Source: an uncultured Pelagimonas sp.
GTDB lineage: Bacteria > Pseudomonadota > Alphaproteobacteria > Rhodobacterales > Rhodobacteraceae
Assembly: GCA_947499735.1 (NCBI GenBank)
Contig: CANMPP010000006.1
Location: forward strand, 100,966 to 164,965
Length of the DNA: 64,000 nt
Reading direction: 5' to 3'
The notes under the pieces were generated by a model. It saw nothing but the letters and a program-made list of their open reading frames with translations. It did not search any database and was not told the DNA's origin. A program made the translations under genes and the position numbers. Shown here in pieces: positions 38,593-48,045 of this stretch (positions are counted from its first letter, which is position 1; the number at the start of each line of letters is the position of its first letter).

Positions 38593-38901
38593 ATGGGTCT
38601 TTTTTCACGTTGTGGCCATGGGGGATGACCGCTTGTTTGTGTGGGATGGCGAATAAATTATGTGACACTTGAAAACCTGTACAATACCGTGTGCCACATT
38701 CGCAAAACGCTGCACAAAAGGCAATCTGGGTTGCGAGGATAAAGGGTCATCGCGACATAATTTACAGCTTTCGCGCTATTTATCCTACAATAACTGTCTT
38801 GTGCCTGATTTTGCTGGCTTGTTTTCTGATCTATAACGACGGCAGTAAAATGTTTGTCGTCGCTAAACCTAATAGATCCTAAGGATTGATAGGAGACCAG
38901 T

Positions 38902-39462
38902 ATGTCCAATTTTTGGCTGAAAGACCCTGACTGTCTATTCATACACATTCCCAAAACGGGAGGGTCAACAATACGTCGTGGGTTGTGGTCAGGGCGCTAT
39001 GAGGGACCTGCATTTGGAAAATTCGAAGAGGATTGGCCGAAACTGTATAGTTTCGCATTTGTGCGCCATCCATTGGACAGGTTTGTATCGGCCTATTGTG
39101 ATTTTACGCAGATCCGCAATTTTCAGATCTCCATAGAAGATTTTGCTGACATCGTGATGGATGACAGCATTGTCTATGATGAAACCCGTTCGAACCGCAA
39201 AGAGCGGGTGCGCCATCATTGCATACCGCAAACCCATGCGTTCAACTGTTTAACGCTGGCACAGGACATCTACCGATTTGAAGATTTCGAGGAAGAGGTT
39301 CAAAGGCTAGGCGCAAAAGTTGGACACAACTTTGATCACGTGCCACGTCGACGCAAAACGAAACATGGCGGCTGGTATCGGTATTTGGATATCGGACTTA
39401 TCCTAAGGTTGACCGAATTCTACGAGCAAGATTTTGTCGAACTTGGGTATGAAACGATTTAA
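38902..39462 (+). CDS. Sulfotransferase-family protein (Sulfotransfer_2-like), short form
   Basis: FIHIPKTGGSTIRRG and FAFVRHPLDRFVS motifs parallel those of the 35416-36129 protein. AGGAGA lies upstream of the ATG. Confidence 0.7.
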   Translation: MSNFWLKDPDCLFIHIPKTGGSTIRRGLWSGRYEGPAFGKFEEDWPKLYSFAFVRHPLDRFVSAYCDFTQIRNFQISIEDFADIVMDDSIVYDETRSNRKERVRHHCIPQTHAFNCLTLAQDIYRFEDFEEEVQRLGAKVGHNFDHVPRRRKTKHGGWYRYLDIGLILRLTEFYEQDFVELGYETI

Positions 39463-39476
39463 TCGATACCCTGTTT

Positions 39477-40265
39477 CTATGCCTGCCACAGCTGACCGTA
39501 AGGAATGTCATGCCGCAAGCCGGCCAAAGTCAGCATATGCCACGCAAGAAGCTGATTGCTGGTCAGTACAGGCTTGCCCGATTTAGCTTCGACTTCTTCG
39601 ATAATATCCAATGTGCGCAGGTTCGTGCAGGAAATGAAAATGGCCTCTACATCCGGTGACGCCGCGATCTCTAACGCGCCAGCCATTATTGATGCCGGTG
39701 AAATGCGCACCACGCGCTCTTCTTGTTCTTCATTGAAACTGGCAAAATCGACGACCTGCAATCCCGCGGTTTCAATCACGTGGCACAGTTTTTCTGACAC
39801 TGCTTGGACATAGGGGCTCAGAATTCCGAGGTTTCGGACCTTAAGCGCGCGGGTCGCGGCGCATAATGCCGTGATCGGGTTGGTGACATGCGTTGTGTCC
39901 ACACCGTTTTTGATAAGCCGCGTGACATCATCCGTGCCAATTTGGGCGCTGCCAGACGTGCAGCCATAGCCGACAGAGGTCATTTGGACAGAGCGTGGAA
40001 ATAGGGACGCGGACTGTTGGAGTTCCGGTCTCATGGCATCTAGGGTTTCTGGCGTTACGGCGGTACCGGATGGCACGCGTGACACAAGCAGTGCGACTGT
40101 GTCGGGCAAAAGGCGCGTCATATCTTGTTCGATTGTTTCATCTGCTTGCAAAACGATCATGCCAAATATGTGGCCGGCGCGCATGACGTATTCCGGGTCG
40201 AGTGTTTTCAATACAGCTTCACCTTTTCCGCCGTGTCTGATCGAGACATACGTTGTTTTTGGCAT
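39477..40265 (-). CDS. Asp/Glu/hydantoin racemase superfamily protein (maleate isomerase / EutA / arylmalonate decarboxylase-like)
   Basis: Two catalytic-Cys contexts typical of this fold are present: VGYGCTSGS and FISCTNLRT. Confidence 0.7.
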   Translation of the reverse strand: MPKTTYVSIRHGGKGEAVLKTLDPEYVMRAGHIFGMIVLQADETIEQDMTRLLPDTVALLVSRVPSGTAVTPETLDAMRPELQQSASLFPRSVQMTSVGYGCTSGSAQIGTDDVTRLIKNGVDTTHVTNPITALCAATRALKVRNLGILSPYVQAVSEKLCHVIETAGLQVVDFASFNEEQEERVVRISPASIMAGALEIAASPDVEAIFISCTNLRTLDIIEEVEAKSGKPVLTSNQLLAWHMLTLAGLRHDIPYGQLWQA

Positions 40266-40459
40266 TTGACAGATTTTACATGCAAATTCACATTTCTACG
40301 TGCTTAAAATTGCCGTGATTTTTATCGTACGCCCAGCAATTGGGCGTGTGTCAGGTACCAAAGTATTTTTATCAGATGTTTTTGCCGATTGGCGTGACCT
40401 TCTCAAATGACCTTGTTTTTGTTGGCGATACCCAAAAGAAAAACAGGGAGACCACATTT

Positions 40460-41902
40460 ATGGGATTTTTTGACGCAATATTTGGCGTAATCAATGACCT
40501 CACTTGGGGTTGGGCACTTGTCCCAATTCTGGTGATTTTTGGCGTATTTTTTACGATCACCAGCGGCTTTGTGCAGTTTCGTTTTTTCAAAAGGATGTTT
40601 GATGTCCTCAAAGGCGAGGAAAGTGCAGATCCCACAAAAATTTCGGCACGCGAAGCATTGTTCGTGTCGGTTGGCGGACGCGTAGGCGGCGGCAATATTG
40701 CCGGTGTTGCGGTTGCGATCACAGCTGGCGGACCCGGTGCTGTATTCTGGATGTGGATGATTGCCCTTGTTGGCATGTGTACAGCGCTGATCGAAGCCAG
40801 CCTTGCACAGGTCTATAAGCGCAAAACAGAAGCGGGTGATTATCGCGGCGGACCAGCGCGTGCGATTATCCACGGTCTGGGCGAACAATATCGCTGGTTG
40901 GCGGTTGTTTATGCGATCTGTTTGATCGCGTCTTTCGCCATCGGCTTTAACGCATTCCAAGGTAATACAGTGGCAGGTGCCGCGCAGGACAGCCTTGGTA
41001 TTCCGCGCATTTATACCGGTGCGTTCCTAGCGATTGCCACGGGTTTGATCATCTTTGGCGGCATTCACCGCATTGCCAAAGCGGCTGATGTCGTGATCCC
41101 GGTCATGGCTTTTGTCTATATCCTGATGGCGCTGCTGGTGATTGTGATGAACCTGGTCAGCTTGCCTGGTGTGATCATCGATATCGTTGCCAATGCCTTC
41201 GGCTGGCGTGAAGCCGTGTCTGGCGGCATGGGTGCCGCGATTGCGCAAGGTCTGCGTCGTGGTCTGTTCTCGAATGAAGCGGGTCTTGGATCGGCGCCAA
41301 ACGTTGCGGCGACGGCCTATGTGAAGCACCCGGTTAGCCAAGGTATCACACAATCCTTTTCAGTCTTCATCGATACAATCTTGATCTGTTCCTGCACGGC
41401 ATTCGTGATCCTATTGGGTGATGTATATCAACCTGGAGCAGAAGGTGTGGACGGTGTCGTCCTGACGCAGCAATCCATGGTCGGCCATTTCGGCAGCTGG
41501 GCACAATATGTCCTGACCTTCTCAATCTTGCTCTTCTCGTTCTCATCCATCATGTACAACTATTTCTTAGGTGAAAACGCGATGACCTTTATGACAGAAA
41601 ATCCAATGGGTGTTCTGGGTCTGCGTATTGCAATCATTGGCATCGTCTTCCTCGGCGCGGTGGCACCGGGTGCGACGGCCGTCTTCTCCTTCTCGGATCC
41701 GATGATGGGGATTTTGGCGGTTGTGAACTTGCTGGCCTTGATGATGCTCTTCCCGGTCGCATTGCGCTTGATCAACGATTACCGCGAACAACTGGCACAA
41801 GGTATCATGAAACCGGTTTTCGATCCTGCCAAGTTTGAAGATCTAGATACAGATCCAGAAGCATGGCCAGACGCGTTGCCTGCAAAAACTGAAAAGGCAT
41901 GA
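40460..41902 (+). CDS. Alanine/glycine:cation symporter (AGCS family)
   Basis: Start at the ATG at 40460 after AGGGAG. The N-terminus MGFFDAIFGVINDLTWGW and the SNEAGLGSAP motif are typical of AGCS. The track start at 40340 is a TTG extension. Confidence 0.85.
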   Translation: MGFFDAIFGVINDLTWGWALVPILVIFGVFFTITSGFVQFRFFKRMFDVLKGEESADPTKISAREALFVSVGGRVGGGNIAGVAVAITAGGPGAVFWMWMIALVGMCTALIEASLAQVYKRKTEAGDYRGGPARAIIHGLGEQYRWLAVVYAICLIASFAIGFNAFQGNTVAGAAQDSLGIPRIYTGAFLAIATGLIIFGGIHRIAKAADVVIPVMAFVYILMALLVIVMNLVSLPGVIIDIVANAFGWREAVSGGMGAAIAQGLRRGLFSNEAGLGSAPNVAATAYVKHPVSQGITQSFSVFIDTILICSCTAFVILLGDVYQPGAEGVDGVVLTQQSMVGHFGSWAQYVLTFSILLFSFSSIMYNYFLGENAMTFMTENPMGVLGLRIAIIGIVFLGAVAPGATAVFSFSDPMMGILAVVNLLALMMLFPVALRLINDYREQLAQGIMKPVFDPAKFEDLDTDPEAWPDALPAKTEKA

Positions 41903-41929
41903 TGTTCTGATCTGCAATCAGTGAAACAA

Positions 41930-41958
41930 AAAAGGGCAGGCATTTTGTCTGCCCTTTT
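41930..41958. terminator. Bidirectional rho-independent terminator between convergent genes
   Basis: AAAAGGGCAG-N9-CTGCCCTTTT forms a perfect 10-bp stem. A/T tracts on both sides give a U-tail on either strand. Confidence 0.65.
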
Positions 41959-41964
41959 GCTTGG

Positions 41965-42810
41965 TCACAGGGCCAGATAACCCACGCCAGCAAAAGCCAA
42001 TAGGCAGCCGCCCCATTGAAGCCAATTCATTTTCTCACCCAGAAAAATCGAAGCGAGCAGAATGGCAGGTAGACCATACATGGATGTTGTCACCGCCGCA
42101 TATTGTTCGTTTGCTAAGCCACCGGCAGAAACAATTGCCAATATGGCCAAACAATCGGATACGCCCATTAAGGCCAGAACCCATAGCGCATTGCGACCCG
42201 GCCAAAACGGCATCCGGAATGCGAACATAACAGCGATAAGAACGATAATGGCAAAGATCCGTGTGCCAAACGCGGACATCATGGGGTTCGACAGCTCCGT
42301 GGCAGCTTGGCCGAATTCGAACATACCCGCAAAACCGATGGCCGCCAGCAATGCATAGAGGGCGGTTGGCCCTTTGGCTGGGATCTCAGCATCGTTGTCA
42401 TTTGAAAGCGCAGCGACAATTGAAATGCCCGCCAGAATGACACCGATCGCACCCCATTGCGCAGCAGAAATATAGGTGCCTGAAAGTGCGGCAACCCCCA
42501 CGGTGATGACCGAAAAACACGCGACCAAGGGTGCCGCCAGCCACACCGGCCCGCGTTGAAAAGACCAGTACAAACCAAAATTGGCCAAAACAAAAAACGC
42601 CCCGGCCAGAAGCGCATTCGTAACTGCATCACGTGCCGGGATGATGAATTCTGCTGTTGCCGTAGTGATCCCGATCTGGATGAGCAGGCCAAAACTTAGC
42701 ACAAACAAAACGCAAGCCCCGATCGGGGCGCGTTGCGAAATGAAACGCACTAAGAAATCATGTAACCCCCAGGCCAGTGCCGCAAAGAGGCCAAGTGTAA
42801 GGGCTGTCAT
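41965..42810 (-). CDS. EamA/DMT-superfamily transporter
   Basis: 281 aa with about 10 TM segments and a two-repeat architecture. Confidence 0.8.
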   Translation of the reverse strand: MTALTLGLFAALAWGLHDFLVRFISQRAPIGACVLFVLSFGLLIQIGITTATAEFIIPARDAVTNALLAGAFFVLANFGLYWSFQRGPVWLAAPLVACFSVITVGVAALSGTYISAAQWGAIGVILAGISIVAALSNDNDAEIPAKGPTALYALLAAIGFAGMFEFGQAATELSNPMMSAFGTRIFAIIVLIAVMFAFRMPFWPGRNALWVLALMGVSDCLAILAIVSAGGLANEQYAAVTTSMYGLPAILLASIFLGEKMNWLQWGGCLLAFAGVGYLAL

Positions 42811-42917
42811 ATCTGAGGCATCCGGTTGTCAATTTCGTGTGTAAAAGCAGTTTTTAATTGCGGCAGGCGGCCGTTATTCATATTCTTATCATTAAATAAA
42901 TTTTCCACATATGCAAC

Positions 42918-45305
42918 ATGAGGATGCTGATGCTGGAAGCTTTCGCAAATGTCATCCCGGGCCCTCCAAAGCCAAGTGTGATTGTTCAGCCCAAGGTGTT
43001 TTCCTTACCGCCGGGGACAGAGAAATACGTGATTGAAGGCGCAAGCGCGGCCTTGATTGCGATTGAGGTTGGCGATCAAATTACCGTCATCAATGATGAA
43101 GGGGGGCAACATTGCGAAATGGTGGTCGTCGATGACAAAGGCCAAGCCGATCCAACGATCATTGGTGCGTCTGGTGCTGGTCTAGCCTCTGGCTTGATGG
43201 CCCTGCTTGGGCAGTCAGACCGGTCATTGCGCGGCATGCGCATGGGGATCGAGGCGCGCGGTATTGATCTTGCGACGAGCAACGCAGTGTATGTGTTTGA
43301 AGAAACAACACCCGCCGGAACCGAGGCAAGCTTTACGGTATCCCGAAACGGGTCGGTCCTGATTGCTGCGCCGGGTGGTGAGATGGATGTTGAATTGCAA
43401 AACACCGCGACATCTTTGACGGTGATGATTAAGCGCGCCGTCCTTAAAACACATGCGCGCTTTCAGCTGCCTGATCCCTTGGCAGATCCGTTGCAGGATA
43501 TCCGCGTCCATTCCCAAACGGCAGAAGCCTATTTCGTCAAAGCAGGCGATTATATCCAGATCCTAGATGTGGATGGTCGCCAATGTACGGATTTCGAATG
43601 CTTTAGTGCCCGCAAATTGGATAAGGGTATCGAACACGCCTTGGACGTCACCACGACGCGCACGTTGATGGGGCATGCCTATCCGATGCCGGGTTTGCAT
43701 GCGAAATATTATGATCAGGATATGGTGCCACTGGTCGAAGTGGTTCAGGATACATGCGGACGCCATGATGCCTTTGCCATGGCCTGCACGGCCAAATATT
43801 ACGACGATATCGGCTATCCCGGTCATCCCAATTGTTCGGACAATTTCAATACGGCGCTGTCTGAATATGGCGTTGCAGGGCGTCCGGGTTGGATGGCGAT
43901 CAATTTCTTTTTCAATACAGGGATTGATGATCACGGGGTGATGTATGCGGATGAACCTTGGTCGCGTCCCGGCGATTATGTGTTGCTGCGCGCCCTGACG
44001 GATATCGTCTGCGTCTCTTCTGCGTGCCCAGACGATACAACCGCCGCCAATGGGTGGAACCCAACGGATATTCATGTGCGCACCTATTCAGGCAAAGAAA
44101 CCTTCACAAAATCCATCGCCATCCGTGCGACCCCAGATTCAGAGCCAAAAATGACCAAAGACACCGGTTTCCGCGACAGTTTCGGCAAACATACCCGTAA
44201 TTTTGTCGAATATAACGGCTATTGGCTGCCCAATTGTTTTGCCGCCTCTGGGCCTATTGCGGAATATACGGCCTGTCGCACGCATGCTGCGATTATGGAT
44301 CTTTCGCCCCTGCGTAAGTTTGAAATCACAGGACCAGATGCAGAAGCGCTGTGCCAATACGTCTTCACCCGTAATATGAAAACCCTGCCTGTGGGCGGGG
44401 TCGTTTATACGGCGATGTGTTACGAACACGGTGGTATGATCGATGACGGGACGGTGTTCCGATTGGGGCGCGATAATTTCCGCTGGGTGGGTGGCAATGA
44501 TTATGGCGGCGAATGGATCCGCGAACAGGCGGCGAAACTGGGGCTGAAAGTGCTGGTGCGCTCGTCCACAGATCAATTGCACAATGTCGCAGTGCAGGGG
44601 CCGAAATCCTATGACATCTTGCGCGATCTGATCTGGACCGCCCCCCATAATCCACGCTTTGACCAGTTGGATTGGTTTCGTTTCACCCCAGCGCGCCTAA
44701 AGGGCGAAGGCGGCACGCCTTTTGTGTTATCGCGCACCGGATATACGGGCGAGTTGGGGTATGAGGTCATGTGCCATCCCAAACATGCCACACAGATCTT
44801 TGACGCGATTTGGGAAGCGGGCGCGCCGCATGGCCTGACACCAATGGGGTTAGAGGCGTTGGATATGGTTCGGATTGAGGCTGGTTTGATCTTCGCCGAT
44901 TACGAATTTTCGGACCAGACAGATCCGTTTGAAGCAGGCATCGGGTTTACTGTACCGCTGAAATCCAAACCGGATGACTTTATCGGGCGCGATGCGTTGA
45001 TCCGACGAAAAGAGCACCCGATGCGTAAGCTGGTTGGCCTGGATATCGATAGCGAGGTTGAAGTTGGCCATGGTGATTGCATCCATATCGGCCGCGCGCA
45101 GGTGGGCGAGGTCACATCCTCGATGCGTTCGCCTCTTCTGGGCCGTAATATTGCCATCGCGCGGGTCGATGTCGCCCATGCCGCGCCCGGCACCGCATTA
45201 GAGATCGGCAAACTAGATGGTCATCAAAAACGCTTGCCTGCGGTGATCCGCGATACGGTTGCGGCCTATGATCCGAAAAAGGAAAAACCGCGGGTGCAGG
45301 TGTAG
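42918..45305 (+). CDS. tdm: Trimethylamine N-oxide demethylase (DUF1989 N-terminal region fused to a GcvT-type tetrahydrofolate-binding domain)
   Basis: 795 aa. The C-terminal half carries the aminomethyltransferase-fold motif LSRTGYTGELGYEV. The N-terminal half is Cys-rich and DUF1989-like. This fusion architecture and its location next to tmm match characterised Tdm. Confidence 0.8.
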   Translation: MRMLMLEAFANVIPGPPKPSVIVQPKVFSLPPGTEKYVIEGASAALIAIEVGDQITVINDEGGQHCEMVVVDDKGQADPTIIGASGAGLASGLMALLGQSDRSLRGMRMGIEARGIDLATSNAVYVFEETTPAGTEASFTVSRNGSVLIAAPGGEMDVELQNTATSLTVMIKRAVLKTHARFQLPDPLADPLQDIRVHSQTAEAYFVKAGDYIQILDVDGRQCTDFECFSARKLDKGIEHALDVTTTRTLMGHAYPMPGLHAKYYDQDMVPLVEVVQDTCGRHDAFAMACTAKYYDDIGYPGHPNCSDNFNTALSEYGVAGRPGWMAINFFFNTGIDDHGVMYADEPWSRPGDYVLLRALTDIVCVSSACPDDTTAANGWNPTDIHVRTYSGKETFTKSIAIRATPDSEPKMTKDTGFRDSFGKHTRNFVEYNGYWLPNCFAASGPIAEYTACRTHAAIMDLSPLRKFEITGPDAEALCQYVFTRNMKTLPVGGVVYTAMCYEHGGMIDDGTVFRLGRDNFRWVGGNDYGGEWIREQAAKLGLKVLVRSSTDQLHNVAVQGPKSYDILRDLIWTAPHNPRFDQLDWFRFTPARLKGEGGTPFVLSRTGYTGELGYEVMCHPKHATQIFDAIWEAGAPHGLTPMGLEALDMVRIEAGLIFADYEFSDQTDPFEAGIGFTVPLKSKPDDFIGRDALIRRKEHPMRKLVGLDIDSEVEVGHGDCIHIGRAQVGEVTSSMRSPLLGRNIAIARVDVAHAAPGTALEIGKLDGHQKRLPAVIRDTVAAYDPKKEKPRVQV

Positions 45306-45544
45306 TTGTTGAAAAAGACCTACCAGTGCGAAACTTGAGACCAAGATTGGCTGGCTTCGCATCTGGAATGACAACATCACGTGCCAAATTTTGAGTGTCC
45401 GGCAAAGGATCAATTCAAGCCGTTATTGAAATATATTGTACGAAGGTCGGTTTCTCTAATGGGCATGGTTCTCTCCGTGCTGGCAACAGATGCTTTCGGA
45501 ATGTCCATTGTCATCAACGCGGTTTTACCCGACTTTATCTTCCT

Positions 45545-46354
45545 ATGGATTCGAACCGTTATCATCATCTGTCTTGGCTGCATGGGATTGAGCTTTTTGA
45601 AGCGGCGCTTAGTACGCAGACCTTTGCGCGCCATGCCCATGAGGGTTTTGCAATTGGAGCCATAGCGGAAGGTGTTGGCGGGTACTTCTGTCGTGGCGAA
45701 AGAATGGTGCTGCCTGCCGGATCGCTTTCACTGATGAACCCTGAAGAAGCACATACTGGCTACGCGGATACGTCGTGGTTGCGCTATAATATGCTGTATG
45801 TTTCTGAGGTTGCCGTTTGCGACATATTAGGAGTGCGCAGCCTACGTGGGTTTTCAACCGTCGTGCCACAGGACAGAGACTTTGCACTCTCTAAAGCTCT
45901 TGTAATATTGGCGGCCAGATTGAACTCAGAACGATCGCCTGATTGGCATCTCGGTGTTGAAGAAGCTGTTCACGACGTGCTTTCCAATTCATTCTGTCGA
46001 TACGGCCGCACCGAACTGCGTCCGGCCGGGCGGGAACACAAGGCGATCACAGGCTTGCGCGAACAGATCGGGGCAGGCGTTGAAACAGGTGCTGACCTTA
46101 GTTTGTCGCAACTGGCTGACGCCGCGCAACTCAACCGGTCCTACCTGATCCGAACCACGCGTCTCGCCACTGGGATGACCCCCCATGGGTTGGTCCTGCG
46201 TGCCCGTGTTGAAAAGGCACATCAACTACTGCTCCAAAATACGTCTGCGGCCTCAGCCGCCTTGGCCGCAGGGTTTTGCGATCAGGCACACATGATCCGC
46301 CAGTACCGCCGCCATTTTGGGGTCACGCCGAGCGCGGTTATTCAACACGCGTAA
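45545..46354 (+). CDS. AraC-family transcriptional regulator with an N-terminal cupin-like sensor domain
   Basis: N-terminus HGIELFEAALSTQTFARHAHEGFAIG and a C-terminal AraC HTH (GFCDQAHMIRQYRRHFGVTP). I prefer the ATG at 45545 as the start. Confidence 0.8.
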   Translation: MDSNRYHHLSWLHGIELFEAALSTQTFARHAHEGFAIGAIAEGVGGYFCRGERMVLPAGSLSLMNPEEAHTGYADTSWLRYNMLYVSEVAVCDILGVRSLRGFSTVVPQDRDFALSKALVILAARLNSERSPDWHLGVEEAVHDVLSNSFCRYGRTELRPAGREHKAITGLREQIGAGVETGADLSLSQLADAAQLNRSYLIRTTRLATGMTPHGLVLRARVEKAHQLLLQNTSAASAALAAGFCDQAHMIRQYRRHFGVTPSAVIQHA

Positions 46355-46437
46355 AGGTCAATTTTGTCCAATACCCACGACGCTGTCTTGTCATATGTCT
46401 CGTATTGATTGCGAAAGAGACGGAGAAACACACAGTG

Positions 46438-47391
46438 ATGAAACGCATTTGGCAGGCCTGTATGATCGGGTTGGCGCGGTCAAACGCCACAAAGAACTTT
46501 ATGCAAAACAGCCGCGCCACATCATTCTTGCGCAAAAAATATGTGGCCGGGGAAACTGTTGCTGCCGGGGCCGAGCGGGCAGTTGCCTTGCTTGAACAGA
46601 ACGGAATCTGTTCATCGTTGTTCTTTATGGGTGAATATGTCGAGGATCCAACCCTTGTCGCGGAAACTGTGCAGCAAAAGCAAGATGTGGCCGAAGCCAT
46701 TGCGCAGCGCCAACTGGACATTCACATATCCGTCGATCCGACCCAAATTGGGCATGTCATTTCACCCCAGCTCATGCAGGGATATGCTCAACAATTGGCA
46801 CAAAAAATCCAACGCCTGTCAGCAGACACCAAAGGCATCCATTGTTTGATGTTTGATATGGAAGATGCAAGCCTGAATGACCCAACAATTGCACTGCATA
46901 ATACACTCCAAGATCAAGGTTTGCCTGTTGCCTTGACGCTTCAGGCCTATATGCGGCGCACGATGAAAGACATGGAACACCAAGTGCAGCGTGGCAGCCG
47001 TGTCCGATTGGTCAAGGGGGCGTTTGCCGCGGGACCAAAACAAGCGTTTCAAAGCACTGCGGAAATCAAAGATAACTCCAGACGACTTATTGAAGTGATG
47101 TTTTCCAAAACGGCGAAATCGACGGGTTTCTATCCGATCATTGCCACCCATGACACCAATTTGCATGATTTCGTAATCGATCTGGCCCAGCAAAACGGAT
47201 GGGCGAAAGGAGAGTATGAATTCGAAATGCTGCTTGGGGTACGCGAAGACGTAGCACAAAATTTGGCACAGAATGGAGAACGTGTCCGCCTTTATGTTCC
47301 ATTCGGACGCGATTGGTGGCCACATGCCGTGCGCCGTATTGGCGAAAACCCTAGGAATGCTGTGCTGCTCGCACGGTCACTGTTCAGCTAG
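46438..47391 (+). CDS. Monofunctional proline-dehydrogenase-family flavoenzyme
   Basis: About 317 aa from the ATG at 46438. The C-terminal EFEMLLGV...LYVPFG...RRIGENP resembles the PRODH barrel end. Confidence 0.7.
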   Translation: MKRIWQACMIGLARSNATKNFMQNSRATSFLRKKYVAGETVAAGAERAVALLEQNGICSSLFFMGEYVEDPTLVAETVQQKQDVAEAIAQRQLDIHISVDPTQIGHVISPQLMQGYAQQLAQKIQRLSADTKGIHCLMFDMEDASLNDPTIALHNTLQDQGLPVALTLQAYMRRTMKDMEHQVQRGSRVRLVKGAFAAGPKQAFQSTAEIKDNSRRLIEVMFSKTAKSTGFYPIIATHDTNLHDFVIDLAQQNGWAKGEYEFEMLLGVREDVAQNLAQNGERVRLYVPFGRDWWPHAVRRIGENPRNAVLLARSLFS

Positions 47392-47467
47392 AGGTACTCA
47401 ACGCAGTTGCCCCAAATGAACCTTGTGATCGCAGACATTAGAATATTTCGACAACGGCGATCGGGAT

Positions 47468-47929
47468 CTAGGCCGTTAGGTCAAACTCTTTACCGATGAT
47501 GCCTTCAGGTGTTCGATAGGTTTTGAATCCCATTGCTTCATAGTAAGCCAAGGCCTCTGGGTTCGTTGCTGCGATTGTGGCATCGATCTTGGTCAGGCCA
47601 AACTCAGCCGCTGCGGCTTGGGATTTCGCAAAAAGCGCACGGCCTAAACCCCGACGTGCCGCCGAGGGCCGGATATGGGTGCCAATGATTCCCCAACCGG
47701 GTTCCACGCCCCACGCATTGCCAGAAACGGCCTGCTTTAGGGATTGAAACCCGAGGATTTGATCGTTTTCTTCGGCAACTGTGCAGCGGATCTTGGCGGG
47801 ATCTTCGATGTAGTATTTCTGTACAAAATCTTCATCATCGGGGCTGGTTCGTTTTCCTGCGGTCGTTAGTTCTTTCAGGAAGGCGCTCATTTGAGCGACA
47901 TCACTTAGTGTGGCATCTCTATAGATCAT
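47468..47929 (-). CDS. GNAT-family N-acetyltransferase
   Basis: Acetyl-CoA motif A (ARRGLGRALF). 153 aa. Confidence 0.8.
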   Translation of the reverse strand: MIYRDATLSDVAQMSAFLKELTTAGKRTSPDDEDFVQKYYIEDPAKIRCTVAEENDQILGFQSLKQAVSGNAWGVEPGWGIIGTHIRPSAARRGLGRALFAKSQAAAAEFGLTKIDATIAATNPEALAYYEAMGFKTYRTPEGIIGKEFDLTA

Positions 47930-48014
47930 GCAACGTCTCTACATTTTTAGCGCAGTTTCGAAGACAAAAGAGCCTACATTTTTCAGATTGGTCAAGCCAG
48001 AAGGTTTCGCCAGA

Positions 48015-48040
48015 TAGAAAAAGGGGCCGTTTGGCCCCCT
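48015..48040 (-). terminator. Rho-independent terminator downstream of tmm
   Basis: On the minus strand, GGGGCC-AAAC-GGCCCC is followed by TTTTTCT. Confidence 0.6.
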
Positions 48041-48045
48041 TTCGC

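Noticed and set aside
38593-38901. Two ORFs (38658-38954 minus and 38691-38882 plus) and short palindromes (e.g. ATCCT-A-AGGAT near 38877) in the 309-bp AT-rich spacer of the sulfation module.
   Set aside because: The ORFs overlap each other on opposite strands and lack ribosome-binding sites and motifs. The spacer is more plausibly a divergent promoter region. The palindromes are short enough to occur by chance.
40266-40459. Glycine riboswitch upstream of the AGCS symporter.
   Set aside because: The region is AT-rich and lacks the conserved GGAGAG...ACCGAAGGGGCAA-type aptamer cores. Only a short generic hairpin is present.
45381-45665. Hydrophobic 94-aa ORF upstream of and overlapping the AraC gene start.
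   Set aside because: It overlaps the well-supported AraC N-terminus in another frame and has no Shine-Dalgarno. Its hydrophobicity is explained by T-rich codons in an AT-rich spacer.
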